Source: Pseudomonadota bacterium (GTDB taxonomy: Bacteria > Pseudomonadota > Alphaproteobacteria > JACQOE01). Taken from it: DNA of 64,000 bases. Position 1 is the stretch's first letter, and the number at the start of each line of letters is the position of its first letter. Under the pieces are notes generated by a model. That model ran no database searches, was not told the origin of the DNA, and saw only the letters and a program-made list of their open reading frames with translations. Shown in pieces: positions 44,050-52,547 of the stretch. The position numbers and the translations under genes were made by a program. The stretch is from assembly GCA_016202695.1 (NCBI GenBank), contig JACQOE010000029.1, positions 61,332-125,331 of the forward strand, in the 5' to 3' direction.

Positions 44050-44670
44050 TCAGCGCCCGCCGACCGGGGGCTTGCGGGTGAGGTCGGCCAAGAAGGCGCG
44101 GAAGATTCCGCCCACCGCCTGGCCGTAGGCGGCCACCGTCGCCGGGATGCCGGACTCGGCCGCCGGCCGCTCGGCCCGGTAGACCTGGATGACCTCGAGC
44201 CCGCGCTCGCCCCCCTGGCCGACGCCGAGCTCGAGCTCGACCAGGACCGAAGCGCCGGTCGCGCCGACGAGGCGCTCGAGGCGGCGGATCTTGCCGGTCA
44301 GCACATAGGGCGCGCCGGCGCGCTGCTCGGAGGTGATCACGGCGCGGGCAATGTTCGCCTGGCGGAGGAACGCCACCAACTCTTCCTGCAGGAGCCGCGA
44401 GGGGGGCTCGACCCAGTAATGGTAGTCGTAGCGGTCGAGCTCGAAGCTCGCCTCGCGCCGTGAGAAGAGGAGGGCCCGCTCGGCCAGGAGCCCGTCGGCG
44501 AGGAAGCGGCGCACCTCCAGGGCCCCGTCGAAGAGGGGGGCGGAGAGCGCCCGCTCGGGCGGCGCCACCTCCAGCCGGTAGTAGTGATCGCGCGGCACCG
44601 GGGCCGAGCCCCCGCATCCCCCGACCGGGAGCGCCAGGGCCAGGACGACAATGAGGCGCGCCGCCCTCAT
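44050..44670 (-). CDS. ABC-transporter auxiliary lipoprotein (PqiC/YmbA-like, DUF330)
   Basis: Lipobox LALPVGGC; DHYYRLE motif typical of PF03886; 4-nt overlap with MCE gene. Confidence 0.75.
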   Translation of the reverse strand: MRAARLIVVLALALPVGGCGGSAPVPRDHYYRLEVAPPERALSAPLFDGALEVRRFLADGLLAERALLFSRREASFELDRYDYHYWVEPPSRLLQEELVAFLRQANIARAVITSEQRAGAPYVLTGKIRRLERLVGATGASVLVELELGVGQGGERGLEVIQVYRAERPAAESGIPATVAAYGQAVGGIFRAFLADLTRKPPVGGR

Positions 44671-45725
44671 GGCCCTCCTCCTCCCCCCGGTGCCGACTCC
44701 GACGCGCCCTCCAGCTTCGTTCCCTGCAGCAGCACGCTTGGGTTGCTGCGGATCTGGCGACTGAACTCGTAGACGTTGCGGCTGGCCCCTTCCAGGTTGT
44801 TGGCGATGGCGTCGATCCGGCCAGCGAGCGACTCGAGCACATGGCGCATGTCGCCCATCGAGGCGCCCACCGCTCCGGCGTTCTCGTCGGCGATCCGGTT
44901 GAGCGAGGCGATGAGCTTGCCGAGATCATCCAGGCTCGCGCGCATATCCTCGATGAGGTGGCCGAAGCCCTCGGAGGAGGTCTGCATGTTCCCGATCACC
45001 CCCTCGATCCGGGCCATGTTCTCCGCGGAGAGAAGCTCGTTGAGGCGCGCGCTCGATCGGTTGAGGGTGGAGAGGAAGCCCTTGAGGTCGCGGGAAACCG
45101 CGGGCGAGGACTCGGCGAGGTCGGAGACGATGCGCCGGAGGTTGTCGGTGACATCGACCACCGCCGGCTCGACCACGGTCCCGACCCCGTCGACCATCGC
45201 GGTGATGCGCTCGACGAGCGGCTTGATGCGGTTGCGCGAGAGGTCGGTCACCTCCTCGGCGACCGAGGTCATGAGCGCGAGCATGTCGCCGCCCGGCTCG
45301 CTGGCGATCCGCGCCCCGCGCTCGAGGTAGGTGCCGCTCCGGCCGCCGCGGATGTCGATGACCAGGGCGGAGAGGAGCCCCGGGGCCGAGATGCGGGCGA
45401 TACTGTCGGCGGGAACCTGCCAGCCCGAGATCACGCTCGCCTCGACCCGGAAGCGGAGCTTGCCATCCTCGGTGATCGGCTCGATGTGCTCGATCTGGCC
45501 GACCGGGAACCCCTCGTAGAGAACCTGCGAGCCGAACTTGAGGCCGGCGACGTTGTCGAAGACGATTGAGTAGCGGTCGGTGGTGCCGGCCCGGCCGGTC
45601 AATACGGCAAGCACCACCACGAATACCGCCAGCATGACGAGCACGACGCTGCCGACGACGATATAGTTGATGCGGCTGCTGCGCATGGCGCGGCCGAGCG
45701 CCCCCTTCCCGCCCTGCTCCTGCAC
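44667..45725 (-). CDS. MCE-family substrate-binding protein (MlaD-like) with extended C-terminal helical region
   Basis: N-terminal TM + MCE domain (YSIVFDNVAGLKFGSQVLYEGFPVGQIEHIE); GTG start sharing 1 nt with MlaF stop. Confidence 0.85.
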   Translation of the reverse strand: MQEQGGKGALGRAMRSSRINYIVVGSVVLVMLAVFVVVLAVLTGRAGTTDRYSIVFDNVAGLKFGSQVLYEGFPVGQIEHIEPITEDGKLRFRVEASVISGWQVPADSIARISAPGLLSALVIDIRGGRSGTYLERGARIASEPGGDMLALMTSVAEEVTDLSRNRIKPLVERITAMVDGVGTVVEPAVVDVTDNLRRIVSDLAESSPAVSRDLKGFLSTLNRSSARLNELLSAENMARIEGVIGNMQTSSEGFGHLIEDMRASLDDLGKLIASLNRIADENAGAVGASMGDMRHVLESLAGRIDAIANNLEGASRNVYEFSRQIRSNPSVLLQGTKLEGASESAPGGGGGP

Positions 45726-46546
45726 TACCCCTCGCCGGTCAGTCGGCGGAGGTAGGCATCGGCGTCGAGTGTAGCCTCCTCCGAGCGCCGGTTCAGCAGA
45801 TTCTGGATGCGCGGATTGGGACTCGCGCGCACCTCCTCGACGCTGCCCACCATCAGGATCTCGCCCCGGTCGAGCACGATCAGGCGATCGGCGATCTTCA
45901 AGGCGCTCTCGAGCTCGTGGGTGACCACGACGATGGTGATGCCGAGGGCGTCGCGGAGCTTGAGGATCAGGTCGTCGAGCTCGGCCGCCACTATTGGGTC
46001 GAGGCCCGCCGAGGGCTCGTCGCAGAAGAGGAGCTTGGGGTCCATGATGATCGCCCGAGCGAAAGCCGCGCGCTTGGTCATGCCGCCCGAGAGCTCGGAG
46101 GGCATCAGGCCCTCGAAGCCGGCGAGCCCGACCACCTCGAGCTTCATGCGGGCCATGATCCGCATGGTGCGCTCGTCGAGGTCGGTGTGCTCGCGCAGGG
46201 CCAGCATGATGTTCTCGCCGACGGTCATCGAGCTGAAGAGCGCACCGCCCTGGAAGGCCACCCCCATGTGTTTGCGCAGTTCCGCGAGTTCCGGTCCCTT
46301 GAGGCGGCCAAGATCGCGCCCGAGCACCTTGACCGTGCCCGCGTCCGGCGTCTCGAGGGCGATGAGCTGGCGCAGGAGCGTGCTCTTGCCCGAGCCGCTG
46401 CCGCCCATGATGACCATGATCTCGCCGTCGTAGATGTCGAAGCTCACCCCTTTCAGGATGGTGCGCTCGCCGTAGCGCACCACCACGTTCTCGACCTCGA
46501 TCACCCTCGGCCGGCCCTCGGCCACGGCGAGCGGAAGGGCACCCAT
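45725..46546 (-). CDS. ABC transporter ATP-binding protein (MlaF-like)
   Basis: Start at internal Met (MGALPLAVAEG...), Walker A GGSGSGKST, signature LSGGM, Walker B LLFCDEP. Confidence 0.9.
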   Translation of the reverse strand: MGALPLAVAEGRPRVIEVENVVVRYGERTILKGVSFDIYDGEIMVIMGGSGSGKSTLLRQLIALETPDAGTVKVLGRDLGRLKGPELAELRKHMGVAFQGGALFSSMTVGENIMLALREHTDLDERTMRIMARMKLEVVGLAGFEGLMPSELSGGMTKRAAFARAIIMDPKLLFCDEPSAGLDPIVAAELDDLILKLRDALGITIVVVTHELESALKIADRLIVLDRGEILMVGSVEEVRASPNPRIQNLLNRRSEEATLDADAYLRRLTGEG

Positions 46547-47346
46547 CAGCGGCTCACGACGAAGGCGAAGATCATGTCGGTGATGACGATCGCGCTGATC
46601 CCGTGTACGACCGAGCGGGTGGTGGCGCGGCCCACGCCTTCGGCGCCGCCGCGCACCGAGGCCCCGTTGACCGCACCGACCAGGGTGATGAGGACGGCGA
46701 AGATCAGGCTCTTGCCGAGCCCGTGGAAGAGATCGTCGGTGGTGATCGAGTCGATGCAGGCATCGGTGTACGCCGCGAGCGACATACCCAGCTCGATCGC
46801 GACGTAGAGCCCGCCGCCAAGAATGGCGACGAGGTCGGCGTAGAAGGTGAGCACCGGCAGCATCACCACCATGGCGAGGAGCGCCGGCGCGACCAGGAAG
46901 CGCACTGGGTTGACCGCCATCGTGGTGAGAGCGTCGATTTCCTGGTTGATGGTCATGGTCCCGAGCCGGGCGGCGATCGCCGACCCCGAGCGCCCCGTCA
47001 CCAGGATGCCGGTGATGAGGGGCGCGAACTCGCGGGTGACCGAGAGCGCAATGCCCAGAGTCACCCGGTCCTCGGCCCCGAAAATCCTGAGGGTGTAGAT
47101 GCCCTGGATCGCGAGCATGACGCCGATGGTGAGCGAGAGCACGGTGACGATGGGAAGCGCGAGGATGCCGATCTCCATCATCTGCACGAAGACGGAGCCG
47201 ACGCGCACCGGCTGGCGCCGGCGCCTGCCCATCAGCGTCCAATAAAGACTCTCGGCGAAGAGCGCGCCGGCGAAGCCGAGGTCGGCAAGCCCGCGCGCGG
47301 TCGCCCGCCCGACCTGCTCGGCGACATCGGCAAGCGGCCGCAGCAC
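46546..47346 (-). CDS. ABC transporter permease (MlaE-like)
   Basis: MlaE/Ttg2B family pattern (...QMMEIGILALPIV...EIDAL...). Confidence 0.9.
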   Translation of the reverse strand: MLRPLADVAEQVGRATARGLADLGFAGALFAESLYWTLMGRRRRQPVRVGSVFVQMMEIGILALPIVTVLSLTIGVMLAIQGIYTLRIFGAEDRVTLGIALSVTREFAPLITGILVTGRSGSAIAARLGTMTINQEIDALTTMAVNPVRFLVAPALLAMVVMLPVLTFYADLVAILGGGLYVAIELGMSLAAYTDACIDSITTDDLFHGLGKSLIFAVLITLVGAVNGASVRGGAEGVGRATTRSVVHGISAIVITDMIFAFVVSR

Positions 47347-47350
47347 CCGC

Positions 47351-47683
47351 TCAGCCGCCGCTGGCGAGCGCCTCGGCGACGCTCGCGTGAATCGCGAAGA
47401 CCTTGTCGAGGCGCGCCAGGCTCAGGACCCGCATGGCGGCGGGACTCACCGCCGCGAGCGCCAAGCGCCGGCCCCTGAGCCGCGCCGCCTGAAGCGCCTC
47501 GACCAGGCTGGCGATGCCGGAGGAGTCGATGTAGGTGATCCGAGCCATGTCGACGAGCACGTCGCGGCCGCGTCCGACCGCCTTCAGCAGCACCTCTCGC
47601 GCCTCGGGCGAGCTGTCGAGGTCGACGTCGCCCTCGAGCGTAACCACGAGCGTGGCGCCGTCCTCGCGGAGCTGGTGTTTCAT
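47351..47683 (-). CDS. STAS-domain protein (anti-sigma-factor antagonist fold; MlaB position) with phosphorylatable DSSG motif
   Basis: 110 aa; ...ARITYIDSSGIASLVEA... = conserved SpoIIAA/RsbV phospho-Ser loop; 4 nt upstream of MlaE start, overlaps kinase stop. Confidence 0.85.
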   Translation of the reverse strand: MKHQLREDGATLVVTLEGDVDLDSSPEAREVLLKAVGRGRDVLVDMARITYIDSSGIASLVEALQAARLRGRRLALAAVSPAAMRVLSLARLDKVFAIHASVAEALASGG

Positions 47684-48183
47684 GGCCTCTCCCCCTCGGC
47701 CTTTCCCGCCGCCGCCCCGGTCGGTGCGATCCTTTTGACCATGCGCAGCAGGTTGCCACCGCCGGCGGGGCGCGGCAGGAAGGCGACCTCGTCCATCACC
47801 TCTCGGATCAGATGCGTGCCAAGCCCTCCCGGCCTCAGCTCGTCGAGGTCGCGGGGCCTGACCCGGCGCTCGTCCACCGGCGGGGCGAAGTCGCGGAGCT
47901 CCACCGCCACCCGATCGCCCTCCCGTCGCATCGTCAGCACAATCTCGCCGTCGGGCCGCCCCGAATAGGCGTGGCGGATGACGTTCTGACAGGCCTCGTC
48001 GACCGCGAGCACGATGTCATGGACCGCGTCCTCGCTGCAACCGGTCGAGCGCACCGCCGCCGCCACCGCGGCACGGACCATCTTCAGCCGGTCGGGAAGG
48101 GAGCGGAAGCGAAGCTCGAACAGCGTCTCGGCCGCGGCGCCCTCCGCTAGCGAAGGCTCGGCCCGGGTGGGGTTGGCCGCCAC
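47680..48183 (-). CDS. RsbW/SpoIIAB-like serine protein kinase (HATPase_c anti-sigma regulatory factor fold)
   Basis: GTG start (codon 62 of track ORF) after GAGGGG RBS, 12 nt after phosphatase stop; VHDIVLAVDEACQNVIRHAY N-box; G-boxes LRDFAPP...GGLGTHLI. Confidence 0.75.
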   Translation of the reverse strand: MAANPTRAEPSLAEGAAAETLFELRFRSLPDRLKMVRAAVAAAVRSTGCSEDAVHDIVLAVDEACQNVIRHAYSGRPDGEIVLTMRREGDRVAVELRDFAPPVDERRVRPRDLDELRPGGLGTHLIREVMDEVAFLPRPAGGGNLLRMVKRIAPTGAAAGKAEGERP

Positions 48184-48194
48184 GCCCGCGCCCC

Positions 48195-49481
48195 TCAGGC
48201 TCCGTCCACGGCGACCAGGGTGAGGTCGTCGTGGATCTCGCCGCCCGCGGGGCAGAGACGGTCGACGACGATTCTGAGGAGTTCCGGAGAGGTGAAGCGC
48301 CCCGCAAGCTCGGCGATCATCGCCGTCAGCCCCTCTGCCCCCAGGCGCCCGCCGCCCGGCAGCCAAGCCTCGGTGACGCCGTCGCTGAAGACGTAGAGGG
48401 TGCCGCCTCCCAGCTCCAGCTCGCTCACCGGGGGGCCGGTCTCGGGAATCAGGTTGGCGGCGATGCCGAGCGGCGGCACGCTCGCCGGAAGGGCGGTGAA
48501 GCGGCCCCCGCGGGCGCGGAAGAGTGGCGGCTCATGGCCGGCATTGGCCAGGCGCACCCGGCGGCGCGAGGGATCGAGCACGCCGCAGACCATGGTGACG
48601 AACATCCCTCGCGTCACTGTCTCGCAGATCTCGGCGTTGACTCGGGCGATCAGTCGGCCGGGATCGTGGACCTCCTTGCCGAGGCAGCGAAAGACGCTCG
48701 CGGTCTTGGCCATGAGGAGCGCGGCGTTCATGCCCTTGCCGGAGACGTCGCCGAGGGCGAAGCAGACGCTGCCGTCGGCGAGCGGGAAGAAGTCGTAGAA
48801 GTCGCCGGAGACGCACCGCGCCGGCTGGTTGGCGCCGCAAACGGGAAAGGGAACCGGACGGGGAGCGGGAAGAAGGTTCCTCTGGATCTCGGCGGCCAGC
48901 TCCAGCTCGCGGCGCATGCGCTGCTGCTCGACCAGCTCGGCCGACATCTGCGCGTTCATCACCGCCAGCGCCGCGGCCGAGGCGAGCGCCTGAACGAGGT
49001 GGCGGTCGCGCTCGTCGAAAAGCCCGCCGCCGCGCTTGTTGATCAGCTCGATCGCGCCCAGGCAGAGGTCGCCGTGGCCCAAGGGCGCGCACAGGATCGA
49101 GCGGGTGGTGAAGCCGGTGAGCTTGTCGACCGCCTTGCCGAACTGCGGATCCTTCGACACGTCGCGGACCATCTGCGTCTCGAGCTCGCGGATCGAGCGT
49201 CCGACGATGCCGCCGTCGGCGGGGAGCCTGAGCCCGGTGATGTCGACCGGGCCGAAGCAGGCCCGGCAGACCACCGCCGTGCCGTCCTCATCGAGAAGGA
49301 AGAGCGAGGAGGCCTCGGCGCTCACCTGATCGGCGATTCGCTTCAGACCGCGCCGGAGGGTCGCCTCGACGTCGAGGGTCCGGGCGAAGTCGTGGATGAG
49401 GTCGGCGAGGAGGTGCAGACATTCGAACACCTCCTCGGCCGCCGCGGAATGCGCGCTTGCCGCCCGGTTGCTCGCCGACAT
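48195..49481 (-). CDS. GAF-domain PP2C/SpoIIE-type serine phosphatase (RsbU/RsbP-like)
   Basis: N-terminal GAF (…LFLLDEDGTAVVCRACFGP…ILCAPL…); C-terminal PP2C (…SGDFYDFF…GDVSGKG…DDLTLVAV). Confidence 0.85.
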   Translation of the reverse strand: MSASNRAASAHSAAAEEVFECLHLLADLIHDFARTLDVEATLRRGLKRIADQVSAEASSLFLLDEDGTAVVCRACFGPVDITGLRLPADGGIVGRSIRELETQMVRDVSKDPQFGKAVDKLTGFTTRSILCAPLGHGDLCLGAIELINKRGGGLFDERDRHLVQALASAAALAVMNAQMSAELVEQQRMRRELELAAEIQRNLLPAPRPVPFPVCGANQPARCVSGDFYDFFPLADGSVCFALGDVSGKGMNAALLMAKTASVFRCLGKEVHDPGRLIARVNAEICETVTRGMFVTMVCGVLDPSRRRVRLANAGHEPPLFRARGGRFTALPASVPPLGIAANLIPETGPPVSELELGGGTLYVFSDGVTEAWLPGGGRLGAEGLTAMIAELAGRFTSPELLRIVVDRLCPAGGEIHDDLTLVAVDGA

Positions 49482-49566
49482 GACGCCACTATGCCTGCTC
49501 CAGAGGCAGGCGTAAATCGGGCCGGCAGGCCCGTCGACGGTTTCCGGCCGAAAGCGCGGCCGGCCC

Positions 49567-49929
49567 CTACTCGCCTTCGATCTCGCGCTCCTCGGCGACG
49601 TGATCGACCATGTCGGTGAGCACGGCGCGGATGTGCTCGTCGGCGACCAGGTAGAACACCTGGCGCCCCTGGCGCTGCGCCTGCAGCAGCCGCGCCGCGC
49701 GCAGGAGCCGGAGGTGGTGGCTGACCAGCGACGGCGAGAGCTTGAGCTTGCTCGCCATCTCGCCCACCGAGACCTGCTGATGGAGGCAGGTGAGGATGAT
49801 GCCCAGCCGGGTGGGATCGCTCATCAGCCGGAAGACCTCGGCCAGTTCGACGACCTCGTCCTCGCCCAGCCGCGGCCCGGTCACCGTCGGCGAGGCGGGG
49901 TTCTTCAACACGGGAACGCCCTTCGGCAC
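49567..49929 (-). CDS. ArsR/SmtB-family metalloregulatory transcriptional repressor
   Basis: wHTH ...AEVFRLMSDPTRLGIILTCLHQQVSVGEMASKLKLSPSLVSHHLRLLRAARLL... Confidence 0.85.
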   Translation of the reverse strand: MPKGVPVLKNPASPTVTGPRLGEDEVVELAEVFRLMSDPTRLGIILTCLHQQVSVGEMASKLKLSPSLVSHHLRLLRAARLLQAQRQGRQVFYLVADEHIRAVLTDMVDHVAEEREIEGE

Positions 49930-50097
49930 CGCGATAGTCCTTAAAGTCCAATCCTTTGGCCGCGCATCCTAGCCCTCGCCCGGCGCCGCCGCAACCCGGG
50001 ACGCGCATGATTCGGGCCTTGAAATCGAGCCCGATTTGGATAATAAAAAGGATCGAAAAACGGGAAAATCAAAAGTAACCGGAAATACTTCTATTCC

Positions 50098-50160
50098 TGT
50101 TCATCTGTAAATTTGAACATCAATGCAAACATGTATGCTGTTCATCTGTACATATGAACA
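50098..50160. promoter_or_regulatory. Two 22-bp palindromic operators TGTTCA-N10-TGAACA (50098-50119 and 50139-50160) in ArsR/MCO divergent region
   Basis: TGTTCATCTGTAAATTTGAACA and TGTTCATCTGTACATATGAACA, centres 41 bp apart, inside an AT-rich 250-bp intergenic region. Confidence 0.5.
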
Positions 50161-50207
50161 CCCGTTTGAAAGTCGCGCGAGACGAGAGAGAGCGGGAGGG
50201 CGACGGA

Positions 50208-51377
50208 ATGGCTGAAACGGGAACCGGGGCGAGACGGGCGAGATGGGCGCCGCGGCCGGCGGCCACGCGCCCGGCGCTCGAGGTGTCGCGCCGGGGCATG
50301 CTCCTGGGCGGTTTAATCGGCTCCGCCGGGGCGCTCCTTCCGCGGCTTGCCCGGGCCGACGCCGCGGCGGCGGCCACGGCGAGCCCGGGCGCCCCCTACC
50401 CGGCGGCGGGCGCGCATGCCAGCGGCGGAGCGATGGACCACGGTGGCATGATCACGGTCGGCAACGTCGATTCGGCGCGCAACGGCTTCGACCCGCACGA
50501 CCTCCTCGCCGACTTCACCACCGGTGCAATTTCGACCCTGGCCGGCGGCCGGCGGCTTCGCCAATTCGAGGTCGTCGCCGAGGACAAGGAGATCGAGGTC
50601 GCTCCCGGGGTATTCTTCCCGGCCTGGACCTTCAACGGCCGGGTGCCAGGTCCCACCCTCCGGGTGAGCGAGGGAGACCGGGTGCGCATCCGCTTCGTCA
50701 ACCACGGCTCGCATCCCCACTCGATCCACTTCCACGGCATCCACAGCGCGCGCATGGACGGCGTGCCCGGCGCCGGCCTAGTCGAGCCGGGGGGCGAATT
50801 CGTCTACGAGTTCGACGCCTTCCCCTTCGGCTGCCACCTCTACCACTGCCACGCGGTGCCCCTGAAGCGGCACATCCACAAGGGCCTCTACGGCGCCTTC
50901 ATCGTCGACCCCGACCCGGCCCGCCACCCCGAGCACGCCGAGGCCGCCCGCTCGCGGCTCCTCGGCGCGCCCGAGAACGCGCGCTGGCAGGAGCTGGTGA
51001 TGGTGATGAACGCCTTCGACACCAACTTCGACGAGGAGAACGAGGTCTACGCGGTCAACACCGTTGCCCACGCCTACGCGAGGAGGCCGATCCCGCTCGA
51101 CCGCCAAAGGCCGGTCCGCGTCTACCTCGTCAACGTCACCGAGTTCGACCCCATCAACTCGTTCCACCTCCACGCCAACTTCTTCGACTACTACGACCAT
51201 GGCACCACGCTGACGCCGACGCTTAGGACGGTCGACACCGTGATGCAGTGCCAGGCGCAGCGGGGGATTCTCGAGTTCTCGTTCAAGGACCACGAGCCCG
51301 GACTCTACATGTTCCACGCCCACCAGTCGGAATTCGTCGAGCTCGGCTGGATGAGCTTCTTCGAGGTGCGGCCATGA
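50208..51377 (+). CDS. Tat-secreted multicopper-oxidase-type cupredoxin protein
   Basis: Start at Met19 after GGGAGGG RBS; twin-arginine SRRGMLLGG; copper sites HSIHFHGIH, LYHCHAV, HAHQSE. Confidence 0.85.
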   Translation: MAETGTGARRARWAPRPAATRPALEVSRRGMLLGGLIGSAGALLPRLARADAAAAATASPGAPYPAAGAHASGGAMDHGGMITVGNVDSARNGFDPHDLLADFTTGAISTLAGGRRLRQFEVVAEDKEIEVAPGVFFPAWTFNGRVPGPTLRVSEGDRVRIRFVNHGSHPHSIHFHGIHSARMDGVPGAGLVEPGGEFVYEFDAFPFGCHLYHCHAVPLKRHIHKGLYGAFIVDPDPARHPEHAEAARSRLLGAPENARWQELVMVMNAFDTNFDEENEVYAVNTVAHAYARRPIPLDRQRPVRVYLVNVTEFDPINSFHLHANFFDYYDHGTTLTPTLRTVDTVMQCQAQRGILEFSFKDHEPGLYMFHAHQSEFVELGWMSFFEVRP

Positions 51378-52528
51378 TCCGGGCGGCGGGCCTGGCGGCA
51401 CTGCCGCTCGTCGCCCTCGTTGCCGTGATCGGCCTCATGGCGACGCTCAACCCGCTCGCCACTGTCAGCGTCACTGCGCCGCCGATCGAGACGCTCACGG
51501 TCGAGCGCACTGTGCTCGACGAGGGCGGAATCTCTCTCCTCGTGCGCGCCAGCGGAAGCGAGCCGCTGGCGATCGCCCAGGTGCAGGTGGACGGCGCCTT
51601 CTGGCGCTTCGCCCAGGAGCCGCCGGGGCCTCTCGCCCGGCTCGCGACCGCCTGGATTCGTATTCCCTATCCCTGGGTCGGGGGCGAGCGCCACAAGCTG
51701 GTGATGATCAGCCGCACCGGCGCCACATTCGAGCACGCGATCGCGGTCGCCGTCGCCAGCCCGAAGTGGTCGCTGGCGCAGATGCGGGCCTACACCTGGA
51801 TCGGGTTCGTGGTCGGGTTCGTACCGGTCTCGCTCGGCATGCTTTTCTATCCGCTCCTGCAGCGATTGAGCCGGCGCGGCTTCGAGTTCACGCTCGCCCT
51901 CACCGTCGGGCTGCTCCTCTTCCTGTTGATCGACACCCTCGCCGAGGGTCTCGAGCTCGCCGGCGGGGCGGCGCCCGAGTTCCAGGGGGCAGCGCTCGTC
52001 TGGCTCGTCGCCGGGCTCACCTTCCTCACCCTGATGGCAATCGGCCGGCGCGGCGGGCACGCGCCCGAGGGGATCGCGCTCGCGACCTACATCGCCCTCG
52101 GGGTCGGGCTGCACAACCTCGGCGAGGGGCTCGCCGTCGGGGCCGCCTTCGCCGCCGGCGAGGCGGCGCTGGGCGCCTTCCTGGTGGTCGGATTCGTGCT
52201 CCACAACCTCACCGAGGGCGTCGGCATCGTCGCGCCGCTGACTGAGGACCGCCCGCACCTTTACGTCTTCCCCGCGCTCGCCGCGCTTGCCGGCCTGCCG
52301 GCGATCGCCGGCGCCTGGGCGGGGAGCGTGGCCTACGCGCCGCACCTCGCGGCGCTCTTCCTCGGAGTCGGCGCCGGGGCGATCCTTCAGGTCGTCGTCG
52401 AGGTTGGCTCCTACCTCGCGCGCCGCGCCGCGCGCACCGGCGCCTCGTGGCTGTCGGCGAGCACGGTGACCGGCACCTTCGCCGGGGTGGCGGTGATGTA
52501 CGCGACCGCCTTCCTGGTCAAGTTCTAG
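51374..52528 (+). CDS. ZIP-family metal cation transporter with ~150-aa N-terminal periplasmic extension
   Basis: ATGA overlap with MCO stop; two LHNLxEG ZIP signature motifs ([26 protein letters not shown]). Confidence 0.75.
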   Translation: MIRAAGLAALPLVALVAVIGLMATLNPLATVSVTAPPIETLTVERTVLDEGGISLLVRASGSEPLAIAQVQVDGAFWRFAQEPPGPLARLATAWIRIPYPWVGGERHKLVMISRTGATFEHAIAVAVASPKWSLAQMRAYTWIGFVVGFVPVSLGMLFYPLLQRLSRRGFEFTLALTVGLLLFLLIDTLAEGLELAGGAAPEFQGAALVWLVAGLTFLTLMAIGRRGGHAPEGIALATYIALGVGLHNLGEGLAVGAAFAAGEAALGAFLVVGFVLHNLTEGVGIVAPLTEDRPHLYVFPALAALAGLPAIAGAWAGSVAYAPHLAALFLGVGAGAILQVVVEVGSYLARRAARTGASWLSASTVTGTFAGVAVMYATAFLVKF

Positions 52529-52547
52529 GGGCGGGTGGAGAAAACGC

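Noticed and set aside
50098-50160. Possibility that the TGTTCA-N10-TGAACA palindromes are LexA (SOS) boxes
   Set aside because: The alphaproteobacterial LexA box is a direct repeat GTTC-N7-GTTC; these are 6-bp inverted arms with a 10-bp spacer and sit next to an ArsR-family repressor gene, which is a better candidate binder.
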